DNA of 64,000 nt, taken from the NCBI GenBank assembly GCA_020633895.1, contig JACKCT010000002.1:326055-390054 (forward strand), given 5' to 3'. Every line of letters begins with the position of its first letter. Position 1 is the first letter of the stretch. Shown here one piece after another: positions 48,229 through 57,538 of the stretch. The position numbers and the translations under genes were made by a program. The DNA is from Deltaproteobacteria bacterium (GTDB taxonomy: Bacteria > Lernaellota > Lernaellaia > JACKCT01). The notes under the pieces are model-generated. The model was not told the DNA's origin, made no database searches, and worked only from the letters and a program-made list of their open reading frames with translations.

Positions 48229-48738
48229 CTAGGTTCCGCCTTCGCCTTCGCTTTTACCCTCCCCCGGTCGGTGATCGGTAAAGACGAAGTCTTCTTCAAA
48301 AACGAAATACGACGCCTTCTTCATCCCCAGGGACGCGTAGGTCTTTTGGGCGCGGACGTTTTCCGTCTCCACATACAACCGGATGCCGCGACATTGCTCG
48401 TCGCCCTGCGCCATATTGCGCAGGTGCGTGTAGAGCTTGCGGTAGATGCCCTTGCGGCGAAAATCCTCGCGCACATACACCGACTGCACCCACCACATCA
48501 CGCCGCCGCGCCAGTCGCTCCATTCCCACGTCACCATGAGTTGGCCGATGACCTCGCCGCCCGCCTCGGCGACCAAATAGAAGCCCTTGTTGTAGTCCTC
48601 GATCACCGCTTCCACCGAAGGCACGGTAATCGCCGGGTCCAGATGGCGGGCTTCGGATTCGACGGCCAGGGCGTCGTTGTAGGAGGCGATGACCAGCGCG
48701 TCGGACATTTCGGCGCGGCGGATAAGGATGTCGGACAT
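48229..48738 (-). CDS. GNAT family N-acetyltransferase
   Basis: Motif A region QLMVTWEW...VREDFRRKGIYRKLYTHL (R/Q-x-x-G-x-G/A-like) and overall size of 169 aa. ATG at 48738 preferred. Confidence 0.8.
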   Translation of the reverse strand: MSDILIRRAEMSDALVIASYNDALAVESEARHLDPAITVPSVEAVIEDYNKGFYLVAEAGGEVIGQLMVTWEWSDWRGGVMWWVQSVYVREDFRRKGIYRKLYTHLRNMAQGDEQCRGIRLYVETENVRAQKTYASLGMKKASYFVFEEDFVFTDHRPGEGKSEGEGGT

Positions 48739-48764
48739 GGAGCTACCTCGCGATTCTTGCGGCG

Positions 48765-49667
48765 CTACTTGACCTGTTCCCAAATCGAATGCACCGCCTC
48801 GGCGATCTCTTCGGGCACCTCTTCCTGGAGGAAATGCCCCGCGTTGGTGCGCGTCAGCTTGGCGTTGGGCAGCACGCCTTGCACCCGAGAAAGCGCCCGG
48901 CCCAGCACCGGGTCCTTGTCGCCCCAGACGATGGCGGCCGGGCCGGTGAAGCTCCGGGCGAACGCGGCCACCTCCTTGAGCTGGGCGATCGACGGATGCT
49001 CCAACGAATCGGGGACCATGCGCGCCAGGGCCAGCGGGGCGACGTTTTTTGACAGGCCCATCAGCGGGAATTTGTAGGCGCGGGCGACCTCGCCGCTGAT
49101 GGATTTCTTGTCCCCCTGGGCCGCGCTCAGGCGCACCTGGGGAAACCCGAGAATGCGAAAGACGAAGTCGCTGATCAGCGGCATGCGGGCGAATTTGTGA
49201 AACGTGGTGGCGTGAAATCCCTCGCGCGGCGGGCCCAGGACCGTGTTGAGGATGACCATGCCCTGGACGATTTCAGCGTGCTTGGACAACGCCAGGGCGC
49301 CGATCGGGCCGCCCCAGTCCTGGCCGACGAAGATCACCTTGTCGAGCTTCAATTGGCCGATCAGGTCGCCGAGCCATTCGCCGTGGTTTTGCAGCGTGTG
49401 TTCCTCGGCGCGAATGCGATCGGAAAAGCCCAGGCCGATCAGGTCGGGCAGGATGATGCGCAAAGGGTATGGCGACAGGGCCTTGGCGACCTTGCGATAG
49501 AGGTAGCCCCACGTGGGGTTGCCGTGGACCATCAGCACCGGGTAGCCGTCCGCGGGGCCCTGCTCCATGACGTGCATCTTCAGGGCGCCGACCGGCACCA
49601 CGTAGCGCTTGAACGGCAGTTGCTTGAGCAGCCACTCGGGCAGATCGGGCGCGGGCAGGGTGTTCAT
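48765..49667 (-). CDS. alpha/beta-fold hydrolase (haloalkane-dehalogenase-like subfamily)
   Basis: HGNPTWGYLYR oxyanion region. Nucleophile elbow GQDWGG. C-terminal His region GHFLQEE. Confidence 0.8.
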   Translation of the reverse strand: MNTLPAPDLPEWLLKQLPFKRYVVPVGALKMHVMEQGPADGYPVLMVHGNPTWGYLYRKVAKALSPYPLRIILPDLIGLGFSDRIRAEEHTLQNHGEWLGDLIGQLKLDKVIFVGQDWGGPIGALALSKHAEIVQGMVILNTVLGPPREGFHATTFHKFARMPLISDFVFRILGFPQVRLSAAQGDKKSISGEVARAYKFPLMGLSKNVAPLALARMVPDSLEHPSIAQLKEVAAFARSFTGPAAIVWGDKDPVLGRALSRVQGVLPNAKLTRTNAGHFLQEEVPEEIAEAVHSIWEQVK

Positions 49668-49848
49668 CGAGTCCTCATCCTTTGACTTGGTTGAAGAAAT
49701 GTCCGACGCAAATCGAACATAGCGTGGGCCGAACATAGCACTGCCGGAGCGATCGGAAAACGCCGGGATTCCATCAGCGCGTCCTCAGCGTCTTTCTTGA
49801 GGTGGTTGATCCCCTTGATTATGATGGGAATATCCTCGTGTCGCTTGA

Positions 49849-51501
49849 ATGAAAGCCGACATGCTTTGCCCAACGCGAAATGAAATCGAGGCGCCCATGC
49901 GCGAGGCGGATAAAGAGCGGGTTCTGGTCGAGGTCAAAAGCCGCGTGATGGACCACGTGGTGCATTTGGCGGATAAAGACCCGGCGTACCTGGACAACCT
50001 GATCCACGAGGTCATCTACTTCGAGGAGCGGCGGCTGGACACGCACAAATCGGCGCCGGGCGTCGAGGAGGACCGGGTCTGGCTGGGCGCGATCCGCCAT
50101 CGCTTCAAGGACGCCAGCCAGCCGGAGAAAAAGCGCATCGTCGCCGACATCATCGGCCGCCACGCCCACGAAGTCATCGGCCACTTCTCCGAGCCGGTCT
50201 ACCAACTGACCACCAGCGTCGTCCCCACGGGCCTGGGCGTCATTTTAAGCGGCCTGTCGCCCCTCAAGCTGGTGCGCAATTTCCCCAACCTTCCCGACCT
50301 GCCCGACGTGGCCGACAACATCCGCATCGAAGGCGAAGTGGAGCAGCTCCAGGCCCTGGACAAGTTGGGCACGATCGTCCTGGTCCCGACGCACTCCTCC
50401 AACCTGGACTCCCTGGTGTTGGGCTACTCGATCTTTCAGATGGGCCTGCCTCCCTACACCTACGGCGCCGGGCTCAACCTGTTCTCCCACAAGATGCTGG
50501 GCTTTTTCATGCATCGACTGGGAGCGTACAAGGTCGACCGCCTCAAGCAGCATTCGCTTTACAAGGAGGTGCTCAAGACCTACGCCACGATTACGCTGGA
50601 AGAGGGCTACGACAATCTCTTTTTTCCCGGCGGCACGCGCAGCCGCTCCGGCGCCATCGAACGCAAGCTCAAGATGGGCCTGCTGGGCTGCGGGCTGTCG
50701 GCCTATTACCACAATCTGGTCAACGGCAAGCAGAATCCCAAGGTCTTCATCGTCCCGGCCACGCTGAACTACCAACTCGTCCTGGAAGCCGAAAACCTCA
50801 TCGACGACCACCTCAAGGAAGCGGGCAAGTCCCGCTACATCATCGAGGACGACGAGTTCTCCATGCCCACGCGCATCTACACCTTCATGCGCAACCTGGT
50901 CTCCCTCAATGCCCATGTGGAACTGCGCATCTCCAAGGCGCTGGACCCCTTCGGCAACGACGTGGACATGGACGGCAATTCCCGGGACGGCCACGGGCGC
51001 GTCATCGATATCGAACGCTACCTTTATCAGGACGGCCGACTGATCGAGGACGGCGCCCGGGACCACCAGTACACCCGCGAACTGGCCGACCGCATCGTCG
51101 AGGCCTACTACCGGGACAACGTCGCCTTCTCGACGCACGTGGTCGCCTGGACCATCTACCGCATGCTGCGCGCCGAACACCCCAAATGGGATCTCTATCG
51201 CTACCTGCGCGAGACGGCCATGGACGCGGCGATCCCGATGGTGGAGGTTTATCGGGGCGTGGAGGAAACGCTCTATCAGTTGAAAAAGCTGGCCGAGGAA
51301 GACCGCATCCGGCTGTCCGAGGTGGTGCGTAGCGGCGATGTGGAGCGTGTGGTGGCCATTGCCCTCAAGGTCTTCGGCTGCTACCACACCAAGCCGGTGC
51401 TCGAACGCCAGGGCGATCGAATCTTCGCCCGCGACATGAACCTGCTCTATTACTACCGCAATCGGCTGTGGGGCTACGGCCTGCCCGGGTCGGAGGATTG
51501 A
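49849..51501 (+). CDS. glycerol-3-phosphate O-acyltransferase, PlsB-type (compact 550-aa form)
   Basis: All four GPAT blocks are present: VPTHSSNLDSLVLGY (HX4D), FFMHRLGAYKV, FFPGGTRSRSGA, VFIVPATLNYQLV. Confidence 0.8.
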   Translation: MKADMLCPTRNEIEAPMREADKERVLVEVKSRVMDHVVHLADKDPAYLDNLIHEVIYFEERRLDTHKSAPGVEEDRVWLGAIRHRFKDASQPEKKRIVADIIGRHAHEVIGHFSEPVYQLTTSVVPTGLGVILSGLSPLKLVRNFPNLPDLPDVADNIRIEGEVEQLQALDKLGTIVLVPTHSSNLDSLVLGYSIFQMGLPPYTYGAGLNLFSHKMLGFFMHRLGAYKVDRLKQHSLYKEVLKTYATITLEEGYDNLFFPGGTRSRSGAIERKLKMGLLGCGLSAYYHNLVNGKQNPKVFIVPATLNYQLVLEAENLIDDHLKEAGKSRYIIEDDEFSMPTRIYTFMRNLVSLNAHVELRISKALDPFGNDVDMDGNSRDGHGRVIDIERYLYQDGRLIEDGARDHQYTRELADRIVEAYYRDNVAFSTHVVAWTIYRMLRAEHPKWDLYRYLRETAMDAAIPMVEVYRGVEETLYQLKKLAEEDRIRLSEVVRSGDVERVVAIALKVFGCYHTKPVLERQGDRIFARDMNLLYYYRNRLWGYGLPGSED

Positions 51502-51503
51502 CG

Positions 51504-52637
51504 ATGAGTTCGATGACCAATCCGCCCACGGTGGGATTCGTCGGTTCCCGCGCCTTGTGGCACGCCATGGCCGAGTTGGCCCTGGCCGCCGGAGCGCCGG
51601 TGCTGATCTTCGGCGACGAGACGCCCAAGGCGCCGACGACCAAGGCGAAGACGAACGGCAAGTCCCCCAAATCCTCCGCCAAGGCCAATGCCAAGGCCAA
51701 TGCCAAGGCCCAGGCAACATCCGAGTGGCCGAAGGGCGTGAAGGCCGCCAAGTCCGTCAAGCAGCTTTGCGAGGAGTGCCCGGTGATCTACCTGGGCTCG
51801 CCGACGGACGGCGCGCGCGCGGTGCTGCAATCGATGGGACCGCACCTGCGCCCCGATCATATGATCGTGCATCACACGCGCGGGCTGGAGGACCACGGCG
51901 AGAAGCCGCCGTTCTATCGAGTCTCCGAGATTGTCCGTCAGGAGTGCTGCGTCAAAAAGATCGCGGTGATCGCCGGAGCCGTGCGGCCCGACGAATTGCG
52001 CCAGGGCATGCCGTCGGCGTGCGTGATCGCCTCGCCTTATCGGGACGTGGTGCATAAGGTTCGGGCCGTGTTCGGTTCACCCGTGTTTCACATTTACGAG
52101 ACCGAGGACCTGGTCGGCGCCGAATTGGGCATGGCCCTGACGCCGGCTTACGCCATCGCGATCGGCCTGGTGCAGGGCATGGGATTCGGCGCGGGGACGA
52201 CCGGATTTATCGCCACCCGCGCGGTTTCGGAAATGGCGCGATTTTCCGCTCCCATGCGGGGCGAGCCGGCGACCTTTGCCGGGTTGTCGGGCATCGGGGA
52301 ATTGCTGACCGCCGCGCTGCGTCCCGACCATCCCTTTGTCGAACTGGGCCGAACGCGCGTGAAGGGCAAGGACGTTCCCCTGGAAAACCCCGCGCCGGAG
52401 TTGCGGGAGGGCCTCACGTCGTTGCGTCTGGCTGCGGCGTTCGCGCGGAACAACGCCATCTTTACGCCGATCCTCCTGGGGGTCGACGCCGTCATCCACG
52501 AGGGCCGTCCCATCGCCGAGGTGGCGCGCCACCTGCTGGCCGTGGGCACCGGCCACGAGAAAGAGATCCGCATCGACGAGGCCGTGCGCTCGGAAGCGTG
52601 GCGCCTGGCGCCCCGGGGCGGAGCCGGAAAGAACTAA
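51504..52637 (+). CDS. NAD(P)H-dependent glycerol-3-phosphate dehydrogenase (GpsA)-like protein with an atypical N-terminus
   Basis: C-terminal two-thirds aligns with GpsA (ISGP..A.E, GGAVKNV-like GLVQGMGFGAGTTGFIATRAVSEMARF, PATFAGLSGIGELLTA). The N-terminus has a degenerate GxGxxG and a Lys/Ala-rich insertion (KAPTTKAKTNGKSPKSSAKANAKANAKAQ). Confidence 0.65.
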   Translation: MSSMTNPPTVGFVGSRALWHAMAELALAAGAPVLIFGDETPKAPTTKAKTNGKSPKSSAKANAKANAKAQATSEWPKGVKAAKSVKQLCEECPVIYLGSPTDGARAVLQSMGPHLRPDHMIVHHTRGLEDHGEKPPFYRVSEIVRQECCVKKIAVIAGAVRPDELRQGMPSACVIASPYRDVVHKVRAVFGSPVFHIYETEDLVGAELGMALTPAYAIAIGLVQGMGFGAGTTGFIATRAVSEMARFSAPMRGEPATFAGLSGIGELLTAALRPDHPFVELGRTRVKGKDVPLENPAPELREGLTSLRLAAAFARNNAIFTPILLGVDAVIHEGRPIAEVARHLLAVGTGHEKEIRIDEAVRSEAWRLAPRGGAGKN

Positions 52638-52642
52638 CATAA

Positions 52643-53719
52643 ATGTTTCCCCTTTATCGACGGGACGATCGTCGCCTGCCCGGCGACTTCGAGGGCCATG
52701 TCGTGACCTGCGACGTGGACAAGACCTATCTGGAGACGGACTTTCGTTCGTTGGGCGGGTTGCTGCGCATTCCGTTGGAATGGGCGGAAGACAAGCTCAC
52801 CGTGCCCGGCATGGCCGCCGCCCTTTCCGCCTTGCGTCACGGCCCCGGAGCCCAAAGCCGTTTGACTCCGTTGTATTTCCTCACCGCCAGCCCGCCGCCC
52901 CTGGCCCGATCCCTGGAACGCAAGATGCTGCTGGACGGGGTGCAGAATGACGGCATCACCTGCAAGGCGTGGAAGACGATCCTCATGCGCCGCCGTCCGG
53001 CGTGGATCAAACGCCAGATTGCCTACAAGCTCTCGGCTCTCCTCCACCAACGCACCTTCCTGCCCCGGGAGGCGCGGGAGATTTTGATCGGCGACGACAT
53101 CGAGATCGATCCGCTGGCTTACGCCCTCTATGCCGACATCCTCGCCAAGCGCATCGACGACACCGAGTTGTTGATTTGGCTGCGTCACGAGGGTTGCGAT
53201 GTGGATGAGATCCGCGAGGTGATGGAGCACAAGTCGGCGCTGCGGCGGCCGGGGGACCGGGTGGAGGCGGTGTACATCCGCCTGGTGTCTGGACGCGGCC
53301 CGGCGACGTATCACGTCTTCGGCGCGGATATGGTCACTTACCGCTCGCCGTTACAGTTGGCGCTTTCGGCGGTGACGCGGGGCTACGCGCGGGAGACGGA
53401 CGTGGTGGAGGTGGCGCGGGAACTGCTCGACGGCCACGGCGTCACGCCCGAGGTGATCGACGACGAATTTCACGGCGCGGTGGAGCGGGGATTGCTCACC
53501 CCGGCGCTCGCCTACGAGACGCACGACCAACTGCAGATCCTGGGCTTGGCCTCCAAACTCGATCCCACCGTCAACCGTGTCGAAGCCCGTTGCGCGCCGT
53601 CTCGCGACGGCCGGGGCGGACGTTGGACGCCGAGCTTGGAAGAATACGAACAGGCGATGACGCAGGCCTTGGCGACGGACTCCGCCGGGAACGAGGCGCA
53701 GCGGTCGTTTGATTTTTGA
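52643..53719 (+). CDS. App1-like/DUF2183 family protein (putative phosphatidate phosphatase)
   Basis: N-terminal HVVTCDVDKTYLETDF matches the DxDxT-type motif of DUF2183/App1 lipid phosphatases. Soluble, 358 aa. Confidence 0.55.
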   Translation: MFPLYRRDDRRLPGDFEGHVVTCDVDKTYLETDFRSLGGLLRIPLEWAEDKLTVPGMAAALSALRHGPGAQSRLTPLYFLTASPPPLARSLERKMLLDGVQNDGITCKAWKTILMRRRPAWIKRQIAYKLSALLHQRTFLPREAREILIGDDIEIDPLAYALYADILAKRIDDTELLIWLRHEGCDVDEIREVMEHKSALRRPGDRVEAVYIRLVSGRGPATYHVFGADMVTYRSPLQLALSAVTRGYARETDVVEVARELLDGHGVTPEVIDDEFHGAVERGLLTPALAYETHDQLQILGLASKLDPTVNRVEARCAPSRDGRGGRWTPSLEEYEQAMTQALATDSAGNEAQRSFDF

Positions 53720-53738
53720 ATTTGGCCCATGAACGGTG

Positions 53739-53835
53739 TGTCATCCCGAACGCAGGGAGGGACCTCTCGTACGTTGTTCGTGATCGTGTCTGGAAGGGAA
53801 GCGTACGAGAGATCCTTCGCGTTGCTCAGGATGAC
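53739..53835. repeat. REP/MITE-like palindromic element (family C copy: GTCATCCCGAACGCAGGGAGGGACCTCTCGTACG ... CGTACGAGAGATCCTTCGCGTTGCTCAGGATGAC)
   Basis: 34-bp imperfect inverted arms share the GTCATCC(T/C)GA terminus with 33267-33368. Located between convergent genes. Confidence 0.65.
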
Positions 53836-53854
53836 AGACCCACTTCCATAACTC

Positions 53855-54991
53855 TTATGCCCCCACCGCCTCGACCAACGTCCCCACCATGCGTGCGAAC
53901 GTGAAATGCTCCGTCGCCAGACGGCGGCCCGCGTCGCCCATGCGGGAGGCGAGGGCGGGGTCGTCGAGCAGGCGCGCGACCTTGGCGGCGATGTCCGTCG
54001 GGTCGGTCGGGTCGGCGAGCAGGCCGTTTTCGCCTTCGCGGACCGCCTCGGGAATACCGCCCGAATTGCCGCCCACAACCGGCACCCGGTGGTAGCCCGC
54101 CTCCAGGAACACCAGGCCGAAGCCCTCCACGTCCTCGCCGATTTGCCGGCTCGGCATAACGAACACGCTCGCCGCCGCGTACAGCGCCGCCAGCTCCCGG
54201 GCGCTCGCCCGTCCCGCAAAGACGACCATGTCCGAGACGCGCAACTCGTCGGCCAAGCTCTCCAATCGCGCCCGGTCCGGCCCGTCGCCGACGATCACGT
54301 ACACCAGGTCATCGTACGTCGTTCGTAGAATCGGCAGGGCACGCAGCGCCATGTCGTGACCCTTGCGCGTCACCAGACGTCCGACGGAGAGCAGCACGCG
54401 CTTGCCGGTCAGCGGGACGCCGTGAAACGGCTCGGGCAGGGGCGGCGCGTCGGCGCGCTCGAAGATGCATCCCATGGGGATTTTCACGGGCTTCGCGCCG
54501 GGGGCGAAGCGTCGGACATAGTCGGTGAAGATATCGGCGATCGTCGAGACGACTTGCGCGTCGGTCAGCAGCCGTCGCCAGACGGCGCGGGCGGGGGATT
54601 TGTCCAGGCGCAGCAGGTCGTTGCCGTAGGTGAGCACCACGTACGGCCGCCCGGTCGCGCGGCTCCACAGCCAGGCCGTCGGCCCGGCGAAGGCGATGTA
54701 CCCGCACAGGACGCGGTCGAATTTCTCCCGTCGGGACAGGCGGATCACGGTCGCCAGCACCGCCAATTGACGAAGCAGCAGTGCGATCGGACGCGGCCAG
54801 GCGTCGAAACGGCGGATGCGATGGATGGGGCGGGGGTAGGCGGCGTCGTGCGTCGCGGCGCCGGACTCTTCACCGGCAATGACGGTCAGATGCCCCGGCC
54901 AGCGTCGCGCCAGTTGATCGAGCACCGTCTGCACGCCGCCCACGTCCGGCGGAAAATCCCGGGCGATCAGCAGCGTATGGGCGCCGCTCAC
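53855..54991 (-). CDS. glycosyltransferase family 4 (GT-B, retaining)
   Basis: GTG start at 54991 (VSGAHTLLIARDFPPDVGG) overlaps the upstream stop (GTGA). C-terminal EX7E-type region (FVMPSRQIGEDVEGFGLVFLEAGYHRVPVV). The N-terminal ~150 aa of the ORF-track version are Arg/Gly junk and rejected. Confidence 0.8.
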   Translation of the reverse strand: MSGAHTLLIARDFPPDVGGVQTVLDQLARRWPGHLTVIAGEESGAATHDAAYPRPIHRIRRFDAWPRPIALLLRQLAVLATVIRLSRREKFDRVLCGYIAFAGPTAWLWSRATGRPYVVLTYGNDLLRLDKSPARAVWRRLLTDAQVVSTIADIFTDYVRRFAPGAKPVKIPMGCIFERADAPPLPEPFHGVPLTGKRVLLSVGRLVTRKGHDMALRALPILRTTYDDLVYVIVGDGPDRARLESLADELRVSDMVVFAGRASARELAALYAAASVFVMPSRQIGEDVEGFGLVFLEAGYHRVPVVGGNSGGIPEAVREGENGLLADPTDPTDIAAKVARLLDDPALASRMGDAGRRLATEHFTFARMVGTLVEAVGA

Positions 54992-56145
54992 CGGCTTTGG
55001 CGTTTGTGCCGCCACGTGGTCTCCAAATGCCCGAGGATCTGCCCGATGCGCTTCTCCCAAGAATTTTCCCGGGCCAGCGCGATGCGGGCCTCGCGGGCGG
55101 TCGGGTCGTTCTTTTTCGCCCGTTGTTCCTCGATGGCGGTCACGAAGCTTTCCACGCTCTGCGCCAGGCCGATGTGTTCCTCGAAGGCCTCCAATTCCGG
55201 CAGGCGCGTGGCCACCACCGGGCGGCCCGACGCCAGGTATTCGTAGAACTTCATCGGCAGCACACCGCGGGTGTAGCGATCCAGGCGATAGGGAATCCAG
55301 CACACATCCATCGCCGCCATCACCGTCGGCAGATCCTCGATATGCCGCCGCCCGAGGAAATGCAGATTGTGCCGTTGGCGAAAGCGCTCCACGCCGAATC
55401 CCCGGTCCGGTCCGACGAATACGAAATGCCAATCAGGCCGGGCGTTGGCGATCTTGTCGATCAACTCGTCGTCCAGCTTGTAGTTGAGCGCGCCGACGAA
55501 TCCCACGACCGGCCGGGGCATGGCCTCGATCGCCGGGTCCGCCTTGGCGGTCATCGTTTTGTGGAAATGCTCGAAGTCGGCCACGTTGGGGACGAAGTGC
55601 GTGTTGTTGTTGTAGGCCTTCTTGTCCTCAAACAGCGTGCGCGCCGTGGTCGTCACGCAGTCCACGTTCTTGAGCAACGCCCGCTCCATGCCCTTGGTGG
55701 CGGCCATCCACGCGCCGGGCATGGCCGAATATTCGTCCACGCAGTCGTACAGGCTGACGGAAAAAGGGTAGAGGGAGAGCATGGGCGCCGAGGTCGGCGG
55801 ATAGAGCCAGAGGATCGGGTCGACGAATTCCCGCCGGGCCAATTCGCCCTGGACGATGGGCGCGAGCATGCGGTGGTTGATCTCGTTGATCCCGGCGATC
55901 TTCTGCCCGAAGGGCACCGCTCCCGGCGGCCGTAGGACCGTCACGCCGGACGGATCCTCGAGGATGCGGTGGGAATGGGAGCGCTTGCGACTGCGCAGCG
56001 ACGCGAGGGGCTCGACGTAGAGCACCCGAAACTCCCCCGCCAGGCGCGAGGCGATCTGCTGCTTGTTCGTCCACAGCGGCTCGTCCCAATCGGCCGTGGA
56101 GAACATCAGCACGTCCCGGGGGATGTCGAATTGGTCGAAGTTCAT
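54988..56145 (-). CDS. glycosyltransferase family 4 (GT-B)
   Basis: GT4 C-terminal domain. Operonic with the downstream GT4. Confidence 0.7.
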   Translation of the reverse strand: MNFDQFDIPRDVLMFSTADWDEPLWTNKQQIASRLAGEFRVLYVEPLASLRSRKRSHSHRILEDPSGVTVLRPPGAVPFGQKIAGINEINHRMLAPIVQGELARREFVDPILWLYPPTSAPMLSLYPFSVSLYDCVDEYSAMPGAWMAATKGMERALLKNVDCVTTTARTLFEDKKAYNNNTHFVPNVADFEHFHKTMTAKADPAIEAMPRPVVGFVGALNYKLDDELIDKIANARPDWHFVFVGPDRGFGVERFRQRHNLHFLGRRHIEDLPTVMAAMDVCWIPYRLDRYTRGVLPMKFYEYLASGRPVVATRLPELEAFEEHIGLAQSVESFVTAIEEQRAKKNDPTAREARIALARENSWEKRIGQILGHLETTWRHKRQSR

Positions 56146-56183
56146 GGGTGTAGGCTGCCACGATTTTCAAATGTCTGCGAGCC

Positions 56184-56292
56184 TTCAGAGCCCCGACCTG
56201 CTTGCCCACCGTAGCCTTGGCGAAGGGGGGTCAGGGAGCGGGTTGGTACGTCGTGGCAACCCGCTTGCTTACGCGCGCGGCTCTGAAAGGTC
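56184..56292. repeat. compact MITE-like element (family B: TTCAGAGCCCCGACC ... GCGCGGCTCTGAAAGG), about 108 bp
   Basis: Termini match the TIRs of the 21074-21443 element. Internal CCGTAGCCTTGGCG and CAGGGAGCGGGTTGGT blocks are shared. Followed by GGTCGAGAG x2. Confidence 0.7.
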
Positions 56293-56335
56293 GAGAGTGC
56301 GTCTCAAAAAGGTCGAGAGCGCGGCGGCGAATCCT

Positions 56336-57019
56336 CTACCGCTTCACCAATTCCGACCAGTCGAAATCGATGTACCATACCTCCCCCACATGCACCCAAT
56401 ACTGCTTGACCAGCTTGGTGTCGACACGGGCGGAGGGCAGGATCGTGCGGTTGATGTAACGGACCAGGACGGTGCCGTAATAGACCTCTTCGGCCTTGGG
56501 CTTGCGGCCCTTGGGGCGGTCGACACCGGCTTCCTTGAGGGATTCGTCGCTCTGAGGCGTCTGATCCTTCTCGATGGCGTCGACGGCCTCTTCCTTGCCG
56601 ATGACCTCCCGAGGCGTTTCCCCGCCCGGCGGATTGGTCTCGACGGGCAGACGCATCTGCATCGGGTCGTCTTCGGCCTCTTCCTCGGGTAGCTCCGTGT
56701 CCGGCAGTTCCAGATCCCGCACCGGCGGCGTCTTCTGGGCCTGGCAGATGACGATGGAGAAGTTCTCGATGCTCAGGTTGCCCACGTGGGACTCGCCCTC
56801 GACAAGAAAGTCGATGCGCTTGCTGGGCACCACCATCAGGCTGGCGGCCCGGTAGTTCTGCCAGACGATGAGGCGGTTGAAGTCGTTGGCCGCCTCGCAC
56901 AGGGACGAGGAAATCTCCTGCACCTTGCGGGTCTCGCGCTTGTCCTTGCACGAGCTACCCATCAGCGACAGGGCGGCGACCAGCACTAAGGCCAGGAGGG
57001 CGGGGCGGCGAAGGGCCAT
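56336..57019 (-). CDS. secreted/lipoprotein-like hypothetical protein (Glu/Pro-rich middle)
   Basis: Signal peptide MALRRPALLALVLVAALSLMGSSC. Codon-usage-consistent. Confidence 0.5.
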   Translation of the reverse strand: MALRRPALLALVLVAALSLMGSSCKDKRETRKVQEISSSLCEAANDFNRLIVWQNYRAASLMVVPSKRIDFLVEGESHVGNLSIENFSIVICQAQKTPPVRDLELPDTELPEEEAEDDPMQMRLPVETNPPGGETPREVIGKEEAVDAIEKDQTPQSDESLKEAGVDRPKGRKPKAEEVYYGTVLVRYINRTILPSARVDTKLVKQYWVHVGEVWYIDFDWSELVKR

Positions 57020-57043
57020 ATCAACTCCGGTCACGAGGAGGAC

Positions 57044-57538
57044 TTAAAACGCCTGGGGACGCAGGTACCAACGGCCGCCGGATTTTTCCCAACGCTGAAT
57101 CTCGTGGATCTTGGCGCGCCAGATGAAATAGATCGTCCCCCAGACTTCCATGTCCACCTGCGCCACCACGTTGTTGGGCTCCAGCTTGATCTGATTGACG
57201 CGGTATTTTAGGACGATTTCCCGCGCAAAGGAATTTCGGCGCATCAGGGCGGTCTGAATGGCGATGAATTCGGTGAGATCTTTCTCGTTTTCGAAGTAGT
57301 CGGCGATCTTGTCCTTGGTGGAATAGGCCGCCAGCTTCTGGTCCTTCAGGTCGGTCCACAGGCCGTCCACGCGGGCGCGGATCTGTTCGACTTCCAACTC
57401 GGCGGCGGGGCCTTCCAGGCTTTTGATCTCGTCGTATCCCTCCAGGCGCAGATTCTCGACCTTGAGCGCGCACGTCGAAAAGACGAGGGCGAAGACCAGG
57501 GCCGCGAGCGGGGCGACGAAAAGCGGGCGATATTTCAC
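57044..57538 (-). CDS. hypothetical lipoprotein (signal peptide ...LVFALVFSTC)
   Basis: N-terminal signal with Cys after the hydrophobic core. 164 aa. Same strand and operon position as lgt/lspA. Confidence 0.5.
   Translation of the reverse strand: MKYRPLFVAPLAALVFALVFSTCALKVENLRLEGYDEIKSLEGPAAELEVEQIRARVDGLWTDLKDQKLAAYSTKDKIADYFENEKDLTEFIAIQTALMRRNSFAREIVLKYRVNQIKLEPNNVVAQVDMEVWGTIYFIWRAKIHEIQRWEKSGGRWYLRPQAF

Noticed and set aside
53855-55432. N-terminal 147 aa of the ORF-track version of the first GT4 gene, and the 312-aa and 296-aa plus-strand ORFs at 54356-55935
   Set aside because: The extension is Gly/Arg/Pro-rich and would overlap the upstream GT4. A GTG at 54991 gives a GTGA junction and a canonical GT4 N-terminus. 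The plus-strand ORFs are antisense junk.
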